Assembly (NCBI GenBank): GCA_964390135.1 | Contig: CAYMHD010000002.1 | Coordinates: 1 to 33,344, forward strand | Source of the DNA: an uncultured Gudongella sp. | Lineage (GTDB): Bacteria > Bacillota > Clostridia > Tissierellales > Tissierellaceae | DNA: 33,344 bases | Direction: 5' to 3' | Shown: one piece after another, positions 17,638 to 25,904 of the stretch | How positions within the stretch are numbered: the stretch's first letter is position 1 | Layout of the letters: every line of letters begins with the position of its first letter | Position numbers and translations under genes: made by a program | The notes under the pieces: generated by a model | Seen by the model: the letters and a program-made list of their open reading frames with translations, nothing else | Databases searched by the model: none | What the model was told of the DNA's origin: nothing

Positions 17638-17673
17638 GATGCAGGGTATATTACTATCAAGGGAGGAATTGAT

Positions 17674-18123
17674 GTGAATATTAGGAGAGCTAATCCAAAG
17701 GAAAACAATGTTTTGACTGAGCTTGCAGTAGCCTCAGAGGCACATTGGGGTTATGACAAGAGATTTCTTGATGCATTCAGAGGGATCTACAGTCTGTCGG
17801 AGGATTATATTATGAATCACCCAACCTTTGTACTGATGGAGGAGGATGAAATAATTGGTTTTTACAGTCTTATAGAGACTGATGAGGAAGTTACCCTTGA
17901 ATATTTCTACATCGATTCGGTGAACATAAGAAAAGGCTATGGAAGCTACCTTTGGGAGCATCTCATTGAGTTTTGCAGGAGTAGAGGTATTCTGGAGCTT
18001 CAGTTTGTATCAAGTCCCGAGGCAAGACACTTTTACGAGAAAATGGGTGCTGTAGTGGTTGGAGAAGCTAAATCAAGAGTAATGGCCGACAGAAGAATTC
18101 TCAAGTGGAAATTTGTCATCTGA
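17674..18123 (+). CDS. GNAT family N-acetyltransferase
   Basis: SEAHWGY, IRKGYG, SSPEARHFYEKMGA; RBS GGGAGG before GTG. Confidence 0.85.
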   Translation: MNIRRANPKENNVLTELAVASEAHWGYDKRFLDAFRGIYSLSEDYIMNHPTFVLMEEDEIIGFYSLIETDEEVTLEYFYIDSVNIRKGYGSYLWEHLIEFCRSRGILELQFVSSPEARHFYEKMGAVVVGEAKSRVMADRRILKWKFVI

Positions 18124-18149
18124 TTATAAATGCAAAGGAATTGGGTATA
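18121..18149 (+). promoter_or_regulatory. SigB-like promoter of the peroxiredoxin
   Basis: TGATT-N17-GGGTATA. Confidence 0.45.
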
Positions 18150-18181
18150 TAACCCTCACTAACATAAGGGGAGGTAAATAG

Positions 18182-18634
18182 ATGTCAGGATATGATTTTA
18201 CTCTAAAGGAGACAGATGGGGAAGATATATCCCTCAAGGATTTCAAAGGCAGGAATGTTGTGGTGTACTTCTATCCAAAGGACAATACTTCCGGCTGAAT
18301 AACCGAGGCCGTTGGATTCAGGGATCTGAATCAGGAGTTCGAGAAGCTGGACACTGTAATAATCGGAATAAGCAAGGACAGCCTCAGTTCCCACAGGATA
18401 TTCAGGGACAAGCAGGAACTTAACTTCTTGCTTCTAAGTGACGAGGAAGGAAAGGTCCATGACCAGTTCAAGGTTATCGTGCCAAAGAAAATGTATGGCA
18501 AAAAATACATGGGAACAGAAAGATCCACCTTTATTTTCAATAAGGAGGGGGAGATGGTCAAGGAGTACAGAAAGGTAAAGTCTGCAGGCCATGCAGAGGA
18601 AGTATTGGAGTATATAAAGGAAAACATGAAATAG
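18182..18634 (+). CDS. bcp: Selenocysteine-containing peroxiredoxin (BCP/PrxQ), Sec at codon 39
   Basis: RBS GGGAGG, ATG 18182. Reads [13 protein letters not shown](18296-18298)-ITEA, which places TGA exactly at the peroxidatic Cys of PxxxTxxC. The frame continues through IGISKDS..H, LLSD and [16 protein letters not shown] to TAG 18634 (150 aa). Confidence 0.9.
18315..18332 (+). promoter_or_regulatory. Putative bacterial SECIS hairpin
   Basis: Perfect 7-bp stem GATTCAG/CTGAATC with loop GGAT, starting 16 nt after the in-frame TGA. Confidence 0.7.
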
Positions 18635-18698
18635 ATAGGTCGGTAGGTTATGATATACTCAGTAGTGTATTGTAACCTACTTTTATGGGAGTGATTTG

Positions 18699-19565
18699 AT
18701 GAAATATGAAGGAGCAGTATATAGACCACCTTCAGAAGCCAGAAGCTGGATATTGCAGGCAACAATTGGATGTTCACACAACCGCTGCACCTTTTGCAGC
18801 ATGTACAAGGAAAAGAGCTTCAGAATAAGGAAAACTGAGGAGCTAATACAGGAAATTCATGATGCAAGAAGGATCTATGGAAGCCTTAAACGAATATTCA
18901 TAGCCGATGGGGATGCCCTGATGATCAGAACTGAGGACCTGCTTAAGATCATAGGGGAGCTAAAGAATACCTTTCCTGAATGTGAAAGAATAGGGATATA
19001 TGCATCCCCAAAGAGCATCCACTTAAAGTCTGAAGAAGAACTTAAGAGCCTAAAGGAAGCCGGTCTTGGAATAGCCTATATGGGTCTTGAGTCTGGAAGC
19101 GAGAGGATTCTCCAGATGGTTAAAAAGGGAGATAGCAGTGAGGGGATCATCTCGGCTGGAAGAAAGATCAAGGAAGCGGGATTGGAGCTTTCAGTTACGG
19201 TTATCTCAGGACTTGGAGGCAATAAATTCTGGGAAGACCATGCAATTGAGACAGCCCAGGCGGTAAACCAGATCAGGCCTGATTATCTTGGACTTCTTAC
19301 CCTGATGGTTGAGCCAGGGACTGAGCTTTGGGACCAGGTGGAATCAGGTGACTTTTCCCTGCTATCCCCCTATGAAATAGCCCAGGAGACGCTTCTTATG
19401 TTAAAGCACCTTGACTCTCCCGGATGTGTCTTCAGAAGCAACCATGCCTCAAACTACGTTGCCCTTAAGGGTACCTTGAATGAAGACAGGGAGGAAATGA
19501 TTTCAACCCTTGAAAATGCACTTTCAGAAGGGGATTTCAAGGAGGAGTGGATGCGAAGGCTGTAA
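18699..19565 (+). CDS. Radical SAM protein (YRPPSEA-type, function unknown)
   Basis: YRPPSEA, GCSHNRCTFC cluster motif, GLESG, FRSNHASNY. Confidence 0.9.
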   Translation: MKYEGAVYRPPSEARSWILQATIGCSHNRCTFCSMYKEKSFRIRKTEELIQEIHDARRIYGSLKRIFIADGDALMIRTEDLLKIIGELKNTFPECERIGIYASPKSIHLKSEEELKSLKEAGLGIAYMGLESGSERILQMVKKGDSSEGIISAGRKIKEAGLELSVTVISGLGGNKFWEDHAIETAQAVNQIRPDYLGLLTLMVEPGTELWDQVESGDFSLLSPYEIAQETLLMLKHLDSPGCVFRSNHASNYVALKGTLNEDREEMISTLENALSEGDFKEEWMRRL

Positions 19566-19573
19566 GAGAATTA

Positions 19574-19601
19574 TGTTTATTATTTGGAAATTCAGGGTAA
19601 A
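19574..19601 (+). promoter_or_regulatory. SigB-like promoter of the ferritin-encapsulin operon
   Basis: GTTTAT-N14-GGGTAA (19575-19600) matches the SigB consensus GTTTAA-N12-14-GGGWAW. Confidence 0.55.
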
Positions 19602-19637
19602 GTCTTTATTAGAGAATAAATACAAGGAGGAATAGGG

Positions 19638-19982
19638 ATGACACAATATCATGAACCTGTAGAAAGACTAGATGACAAGACAATGGACATAACAAGGGCT
19701 TTGGTTAGCCTTAAGGAGGAGATTGAGGCTGTTGACTGGTACAACCAGAGAGTGGCAGCTACTGATAATCCTGATCTTAAGGAGATTCTTGCCCACAACA
19801 GGGATGAGGAAATCGAGCACGCAGTAATGACCCTGGAATGGCTGAGAAGAAACATGGGAGCCTGGGACGAGGAAATGAAGACTTACTTATTCACTGAAGG
19901 AGACATCGCACACCTTGAAGAGGGTGGAGAAGAGGAAGAAGCTTCCGGTGATAAGGGACTAAACATTGGAGATCTAAAATAG
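19638..19982 (+). CDS. Encapsulin-associated ferritin-like protein (EncFtn/Flp) with C-terminal cargo-loading peptide
   Basis: YHEP, SLKEEIEAVDWYNQR, HNRDEEIEH..LEWLRR, acidic linker and terminal GLNIGDLK. Confidence 0.92.
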   Translation: MTQYHEPVERLDDKTMDITRALVSLKEEIEAVDWYNQRVAATDNPDLKEILAHNRDEEIEHAVMTLEWLRRNMGAWDEEMKTYLFTEGDIAHLEEGGEEEEASGDKGLNIGDLK

Positions 19983-19995
19983 GAGGGAAGCGTAG

Positions 19996-20781
19996 ATGCT
20001 ATACAGAGAACTTGCACCAATTTCAAATGAAGCCTGGGGTGAGATTGATGAAAGGGCCGCTGAGGTTCTGAAGTCATATCTGTCAGCCAGGAAGGTAGTA
20101 AAGGTTAACGGACCCAAGGGTCTTTCTTTCAATGTGATATCAGAGGGTAGACTTGGTGAAACGGAAGAGGATGGAGATGTTTGCTATGCAAACTACAAGG
20201 TCCTTCCACTGACTGAATCAAGAATTGAGTTTGAGATGGACAGATGGGAGCTTGACAATGTTTCAAGGGGAGCCAAGGATGTGGACTACGGTCCATTGGA
20301 GGATGCCCTTGAAAAGATAGCCTTGTTTGAGGAAAATGCCGTATACAATGGTCTGGAAAAGGCAGGAATAGTAGGCCTTGATGGAGCTGCTGAAGGAAAG
20401 GCAATCAAGCTTGGTGATGATGCAAAAGGCCTTATGGAATCAATAACTGAGGGAGTTCTAAGGCTGAGGAGAAACTTTGCAGGTGGATCCTACACACTTG
20501 TAGTGGGAAAGGATGCATACAAGAAGATTATAGCTCAGGACAGCGGATATCCACTGAAGAAAAGGATAGAAAGTCTGATTGAAGGAAAGATCATCCTAAG
20601 CCACGTAGTTGATGGAGCGTATCTGATTCCTTACAAACACGACGATCTTGAGCTTACAATTGGAATGGACTTCTCAATAGGGTAGCAGGAGCATGATGCA
20701 GAAAAGGTTAAATTCTTTGTTGCTGAAACATTTGCATTCAGGGTTCTTGATCCGGCATTGATAGTTAAATTCAGTCTATAA
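19996..20781 (+). pseudogene. Family 1 encapsulin shell protein (linocin M18), interrupted by in-frame TAG at codon 230
   Basis: MLYRELAPIS..W.EID, ARKVV.V.GPKG, WELDN..RGAKD, A.FEE..VYNG, GMDFSIG-TAG(20683-20685)-QEHDAEKVKFFVAETFAFRVLDPALIVKFSL-TAA 20781. The segment after the stop is the normal encapsulin C-terminus. Confidence 0.8.
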
Positions 20782-20795
20782 TCAGGAAATTTCAT

Positions 20796-20832
20796 AAAAA
20801 ACACCAGCTGGTTAATCCAGCTGGTGTTTTTT
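20796..20832. terminator. Bidirectional terminator overlapping the K+ channel stop codon
   Basis: AAAAAACACCAGCTGG-TTAAT-CCAGCTGGTGTTTTTT. Confidence 0.9.
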
Positions 20833-21852
20833 TTCGTGGCTTCTGTCGCCCTTGTCACAAGCAAGTCTTCTCAAGGTCTTGATCTGATCCTGGGTTCCCA
20901 GGACAATCATAGTATCTCCAACCTCCAAAACCTCATCGGAATGAGGGTTGAACTGGAGTTTTTTTCGAGTATTCTTTTTGATGGCCAGTACAATGAGCCC
21001 TGTCTTTTCAGGAATTCGGACCTCCCTGAGGGTCTGGTTCATGATTGAAGAGCTGTCGCATATAACAACATCCTCAAGGTCAAGCACTACCTCCCCTGCA
21101 TGGGTGATTATGTCCAGGAAGGATATGACGTTTGGTCTGAGCATCAGTGCAGCCATACGGCTTCCGCCAATTTCATCAGGGGAAATGGTATTGTTTGCAC
21201 CAGCTCTCTTTAGCTTGTCATGGGATGTCTTGTCAATGGCCCTGGAAACGATGTATAGATTTTTGTTCAGCTCCCGGGCTGTCAGCACCGTAAAAACATT
21301 GTCGGCATCCTTTGAAAGGGAGCAGATAAGTCCCTTGGCTCTTTCAATCCCAGCTCTTAGGAGAGTCTCATCCAGGGTTGCATCACCAAGGAGTACTTGA
21401 ACCCCCTCCTCAAGGAGCTCAGCAACAACATTTTCATCCTTGTCAATGACGACAAGATTCACATTGCTCTTCTGGAATCTCTTCATGGCATGCCAGCCTG
21501 TCTCTCCTGCACCACAGAGTATGTAGTGATTGTTGAAATCGGAAATTTTTCTCTCCATCATCTTCCTCCTTATGGCTTTTCTTATATCTCCCTCCATGAG
21601 AGATGAAACTATCCTTGTAAACATGTAACCTACAGAACCAAGGCTTATGATTATGAGCACAATTGAAAATAGCTTGGCCTGAGGAGTCATGGCTGAAACC
21701 TCTGCATAGCCCACTGTAGATATCGTTATTATGGTCATGTACAATGCATCAATAAAGCTGAGATCAAGTAATATCCTATATCCGGTCACGCCGAACAGGA
21801 CAATTATTACCAATGCAAAAATAAAGACTGCTACTCTGTCCTTTCTGCTCAT
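20812..21852 (-). CDS. 2TM potassium channel with RCK (TrkA-N, TrkA-C) domains
   Basis: DALYMTIITISTVGY pore helix/filter, HYILCGAGETG Rossmann motif, GDAT, C-terminal TrkA-C (FNP...LEVGD). Confidence 0.9.
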   Translation of the reverse strand: MSRKDRVAVFIFALVIIVLFGVTGYRILLDLSFIDALYMTIITISTVGYAEVSAMTPQAKLFSIVLIIISLGSVGYMFTRIVSSLMEGDIRKAIRRKMMERKISDFNNHYILCGAGETGWHAMKRFQKSNVNLVVIDKDENVVAELLEEGVQVLLGDATLDETLLRAGIERAKGLICSLSKDADNVFTVLTARELNKNLYIVSRAIDKTSHDKLKRAGANNTISPDEIGGSRMAALMLRPNVISFLDIITHAGEVVLDLEDVVICDSSSIMNQTLREVRIPEKTGLIVLAIKKNTRKKLQFNPHSDEVLEVGDTMIVLGTQDQIKTLRRLACDKGDRSHEKKHQLD

Positions 21853-21930
21853 AAAAACCCTCCTTCTTCCTATACATATTATTTATACCTGAAAAGAAGC
21901 CCTTTCTACCATAAATATATTTCGTGGGTC

Positions 21931-21959
21931 TAGATAATTTCAGGAGCCAATGATATAAT
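21931..21959 (+). promoter_or_regulatory. SigA-type promoter of the MATE gene
   Basis: TAGATA-N17-TATAAT with extended -10 TG. Confidence 0.55.
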
Positions 21960-21980
21960 GATGCTTTGGAGGAGATTATT

Positions 21981-23378
21981 ATGGCAAGTGCAGCATATAA
22001 AAAGAAAAGAGAATACCTATTGAGCAATGAGAACCTGTACAAGACTTCACTGTATCTTGCTTGGCCGGTTATCATCCAGCTGCTTCTTCAGGTTTCGGTG
22101 GGGACAATTGACATGAAGATGGTCGGGACCGTCGGTGTTGATGCAATATCTGCAGTTGGAACCAGCAGAAACATCATTATGATCCTCATGGTGCTTGTAA
22201 TTGCAATATCAACTGGAACCACTGCAATGGTTGCAAGGTTTGTGGGCAAGGATGACCATGAGGGTGCAAGCATAGCTGCAGGACAGGCATTCATGCTATC
22301 CTTGCTACTTTCGGCTTTTATCGTCCCTGTTGGCCTGCTGACAAATGAGTTTAGCCTTAGGGTCCTGGGTGTGACTGACGAGGTTCTGGTCTATGCAATC
22401 CAGTACATGGAAGTGTTTTTCCTGGCAGTTCCCTTCTTTTTGCTTCATTTCATGGCAAGGTCAATATTCCAGGGGGCAGGAGATACAAAGACCCCCCTCT
22501 ATATAGACATAATGATGAATATCATAAACGTAATCGGAAACTATATATTCATATTCGGTATGTTTGGATTCCCTGCATTTGGAGTTGCCGGTGCGGCAAT
22601 GGGAACGGCCCTTTCCAGGGTCATAAGCGTTATGGTAGCCTGGGGAGCTCTTTTGAGCGGGAAGTTTGATGTCAAGGTGAGATGGAAGGATATGTTCAGG
22701 CCTGTCTGGAAGGCATCAAGACAGATTGTAACAATTGGAGTTCCTTCAGGGCTGCAGGGGCTGTCAAGAAACGCAACCACCTTTATAATGTTTGCAGTGC
22801 TTGCAAGGACTCTGGATGCAGAATTTGCAATACCAGCCTTTGTCATCGGAACCAATCTCAACCAGTATGCACTGATGCCTGGACTTGCAGTGGGAACGGC
22901 AGCAGCCACTCTATCAGGCATGAATCTGGGAGCAAAGCAGTATGACCGGGCAGAGGCAAGTGGAAGGGCTACAGCCATTCTGGGTGCCGGTATAATGCTG
23001 GGAATCTCACTAATCCTTATCATTTTTTCCGGACCCTTCATAAATTTTTTCCTGGATGCATCGAATCCGGATGTGGTAAGGATAGGAACTATATTCCTCA
23101 TAATCGTGGGAATATCAGAGCCATTCCATGCGGTGGCCATTATATTTTCAAGGACCATGCAGGGAGCTGGCTATACAAAGAAGCCATTTTACATCACCTT
23201 CTACAGCTGGGTTGTAATAAGGGTTTCCGTGGCCATACTGCTGGGACTTGTATTTGGCATGGATTCCACAGGGGTATGGATTGCAATCAGTGCAACAAAC
23301 TTGATTTCCGGAATTTGGGCATATTCACTGTTTAAACGAGGAGATTGGAAAAGTGTAAAAATATATGGTGTAAGTTAA
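21981..23378 (+). CDS. MATE family efflux transporter
   Basis: LAWP..D..MVG, QGAGDTKTP, FGVAGAA.GT..SR, GMNLGA; about 12 TM. Confidence 0.92.
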   Translation: MASAAYKKKREYLLSNENLYKTSLYLAWPVIIQLLLQVSVGTIDMKMVGTVGVDAISAVGTSRNIIMILMVLVIAISTGTTAMVARFVGKDDHEGASIAAGQAFMLSLLLSAFIVPVGLLTNEFSLRVLGVTDEVLVYAIQYMEVFFLAVPFFLLHFMARSIFQGAGDTKTPLYIDIMMNIINVIGNYIFIFGMFGFPAFGVAGAAMGTALSRVISVMVAWGALLSGKFDVKVRWKDMFRPVWKASRQIVTIGVPSGLQGLSRNATTFIMFAVLARTLDAEFAIPAFVIGTNLNQYALMPGLAVGTAAATLSGMNLGAKQYDRAEASGRATAILGAGIMLGISLILIIFSGPFINFFLDASNPDVVRIGTIFLIIVGISEPFHAVAIIFSRTMQGAGYTKKPFYITFYSWVVIRVSVAILLGLVFGMDSTGVWIAISATNLISGIWAYSLFKRGDWKSVKIYGVS

Positions 23379-23396
23379 TGGAAACTCTATACTTAG

Positions 23397-23413
23397 ATAC
23401 CCCTTTTGGGTAT
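23397..23413. promoter_or_regulatory. CsoR/RcnR/CstR-like operator overlapping the ccdA -10
   Basis: ATACCC-CTTTT-GGGTAT palindrome overlapping TATAAT 23411-23416; same 15-bp TACCCCT-nnn-GGGTA core as the osmC site. Confidence 0.55.
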
Positions 23414-23457
23414 AATAGGTATAGAGTTTTATTTATGAAAATAATCAGGAGGTTATT

Positions 23458-24153
23458 ATGATAAATGCAGACGTATCTTTGCCGATTGCATTTGGGGCAG
23501 GATTCCTTTCCTTTTTCTCACCCTGCCTACTGCCAATGATTCCGGCATATATAATGTATATTACAGGGGTCGATATGGAGGATGACCTTTCCAAGGTCCG
23601 GATGACAGCCTTGATGAGAACCCTGGGCTTTGTACTTGGATTTACAGCCATATTTATGATCATGGGTTCATCGGCAAGCTTTCTGGGAAGAGCCTTTATC
23701 CAAAACAAGGAAATCTTCTTTAGGATAAGCGGAATACTCATAATATTGTTTGGACTTAATATGATGGGGGTATTGAATCTTAAATTCCTTGGTATGGAAA
23801 AGAGGGTGAAGTCTCCCAAAAAGGTGACCAGCTGGTTCAGCTCAATCCTAATGGGAATGGCCTTTGCAGCCGGATGGACACCCTGCTTTGGACCGGTCCT
23901 TGCATCAATTCTAGTGTTTGCAGGAACATCAGCTACGGTATCAAAGGGTGTATTGCTGCTCTTTATCTATTCAGTGGGCATGGCTATACCATTTTTATTG
24001 ACGGCACTCTTTATCAACGTGTTCATAAAATGGCTGGCAAGAGCAGAGAAATTCTTGAAGTACATGCCCTATATCAGTGGAATCATCCTAGTGATCTTTG
24101 GCGTTTTGATTTTCTTCGACAAGATGATGAGCATAAGCTCATTGCTACTGTAA
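23458..24153 (+). CDS. ccdA: Cytochrome c biogenesis / thiol-disulfide transporter CcdA
   Basis: GFLSFFSPCLLPMIPAY and GWTPCFGPVL. Confidence 0.92.
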   Translation: MINADVSLPIAFGAGFLSFFSPCLLPMIPAYIMYITGVDMEDDLSKVRMTALMRTLGFVLGFTAIFMIMGSSASFLGRAFIQNKEIFFRISGILIILFGLNMMGVLNLKFLGMEKRVKSPKKVTSWFSSILMGMAFAAGWTPCFGPVLASILVFAGTSATVSKGVLLLFIYSVGMAIPFLLTALFINVFIKWLARAEKFLKYMPYISGIILVIFGVLIFFDKMMSISSLLL

Positions 24154-24164
24154 AGGAGGCAAAT

Positions 24165-24839
24165 ATGAAAAAAAGCAATCTTCTAATACTGCTTGTTGCG
24201 GTTGCCCTAATAGGTGCGGGAGCAGTCTATTTTCTAACTAATATGACCGGTAATGATGAAGCACAAGGCCCAGGTGAGCAAGGCTTTGAAACGGGGTCCC
24301 AGGCAGGAGAACCGTCGGCGGTCCCTGAGCCAAATGATGCTCCAGCTGTAACTGAGACTCCAGAAGCTGATGGAGCTCATGACGGCTACCTTGACCACGA
24401 CCATGCAGAAATAGTCATGGGGGAAAAGGCTCCTGACTTCACACTTCTTGATATGGAGGGAAACCAGGTAAGCTTAAGCGACTTTGAGGGAAAGATGGTT
24501 TTTCTTAACTTTTGGGCAACCTGGTGCACCTATTGTGACATAGAGATGCCTGACCTTCAGAAGGTCCATGATGAGAACGAAGACCTGGTTGTACTTGCAG
24601 TCAATGTTAGGGAGGAAAAGGGTCTGGTCCAGGACTATCTGGATGAGGGAGGCTATGAATTTCCCGTGGTTCTTGACGAGGATGGCCATATGGCACAGAT
24701 ATACCTGGTAAGCGGAATGCCAACAACCTATTTTCTAAGTGATGACGGTAAGCTTTTGGGATATCAGCCGGGAATGCTTACCCTTGAGCAGATGGAGGAC
24801 ATAATTGTACAGATGAGAGACCTGCAAGACCAGCTATAG
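24165..24839 (+). CDS. Membrane-anchored TlpA/ResA-like thiol-disulfide oxidoreductase
   Basis: RBS AAGGAGG, ATG 24165, N-terminal TM, APDFTL, LNFWATWCTYC..EMPDL, GMPTTY. Confidence 0.9.
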   Translation: MKKSNLLILLVAVALIGAGAVYFLTNMTGNDEAQGPGEQGFETGSQAGEPSAVPEPNDAPAVTETPEADGAHDGYLDHDHAEIVMGEKAPDFTLLDMEGNQVSLSDFEGKMVFLNFWATWCTYCDIEMPDLQKVHDENEDLVVLAVNVREEKGLVQDYLDEGGYEFPVVLDEDGHMAQIYLVSGMPTTYFLSDDGKLLGYQPGMLTLEQMEDIIVQMRDLQDQL

Positions 24840-24852
24840 CTGGTCTTTTCCA

Positions 24853-24881
24853 TTGCAAGCATCTCGCTAAAATGCTATATT
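24853..24881 (+). promoter_or_regulatory. SigA-type promoter of the DMT gene
   Basis: TTGCAA-N17-TATATT with extended -10 TG. Confidence 0.55.
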
Positions 24882-24901
24882 TGTATGAGGAGCGTGATAT
24901 T

Positions 24902-25822
24902 ATGACAGAAAATAGATTTTTACCCTATATGACCGCACTGGGATATTCTATGATATTTGGAATGTCCTTTATGTTTACCAAGATAGGATTAGGCTACATG
25001 ACAACCCTTCAGCTCATTGCCTACAGATTTCTGGTTGCAGCCATAACCATGCAGGTCCTAAGGGCCTTGAAGCTTATAAAGCTTGATTTCAAGGGAAAGG
25101 ACCTGAAGCTTGTCATCATGACCGCAATATTCCAGCCTGTCCTCTACTTTTTCTTTGAGGTTGAGGGAGTCAATCTTACAACATCCTCACAGGCAGGGCT
25201 TATGGTATCCCTTGTCCCTGTAACAACGGCAATAGGGGCCAGAATATTTTTGAAGGAAAGACTTAAGCTTATCCAGATAATGTTTATCATCCTTTCAGTT
25301 GGGGGAGTCATAGTCATCAATGTACTTAATGATTCAAGCGGCCTAGGTGGAAACACCCTTGGGCTTATGTTTTTGACCATGTCCGTAATTTCCGGGACAC
25401 TTTACAGTTTGAGTTCAAAACGGGCATCCAGTCAGTTCACACCTGTTGAGATAACCTATACAATGATGACCATCGGAGCAATTGTCTTCAACGGTACCCT
25501 TCTTGCAAGAAGCCTATTTGAGGGTACCCTTGCAGTATATTTCCAACCCCTTGCAAATCCTGAGGTCTATGGGCCTATACTCTATCTGGGGCTGCTGTCC
25601 TCGGTTGTTGCATTCTTCTTCCTGAACTTTACAATATCAAGGATTCCCGTATCCCAGTCTGCCATATTCGGAAACCTTGTAACTGTATTTGCAATACTTG
25701 CAGGAGTGTTCATACTCAATGAGCCCTTCGGAACCAAGGATGTAATCGGAGCGGCGATGATAGTTACGGGAGTTTGGGGCACTCTCTACTTCGGATCAAG
25801 GAAGAAAAGGGTAAGAGCTTAA
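24902..25822 (+). CDS. DMT/EamA family transporter
   Basis: IFGMSFMFTK, FQPVLYFFFE..G, FLKE and ILNE repeats; about 10 TM. Confidence 0.9.
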   Translation: MTENRFLPYMTALGYSMIFGMSFMFTKIGLGYMTTLQLIAYRFLVAAITMQVLRALKLIKLDFKGKDLKLVIMTAIFQPVLYFFFEVEGVNLTTSSQAGLMVSLVPVTTAIGARIFLKERLKLIQIMFIILSVGGVIVINVLNDSSGLGGNTLGLMFLTMSVISGTLYSLSSKRASSQFTPVEITYTMMTIGAIVFNGTLLARSLFEGTLAVYFQPLANPEVYGPILYLGLLSSVVAFFFLNFTISRIPVSQSAIFGNLVTVFAILAGVFILNEPFGTKDVIGAAMIVTGVWGTLYFGSRKKRVRA

Positions 25823-25904
25823 GAAAATCGTAAGATTTCTGTGGAATGTTTTGTAAGAATTACCCCTTATACTTTTAGATAAGGCAAAGGTTGGTGGAGA
25901 TTTT

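Noticed and set aside
18428-18634. Stand-alone 68-aa ORF
   Set aside because: It is the C-terminal part of the Sec-peroxiredoxin that starts at 18182.
22541-23158. 205-aa minus-strand ORF and similar antisense ORFs (e.g. 3818-4351, 10582-11139, 27919-28410, 29737-30300)
   Set aside because: They overlap well-supported genes on the opposite strand and have no recognisable motifs or RBS.
23874-24164. 97-aa N-terminal extension of TlpA
   Set aside because: Overlaps ccdA; the strong RBS and signal anchor begin at ATG 24165.
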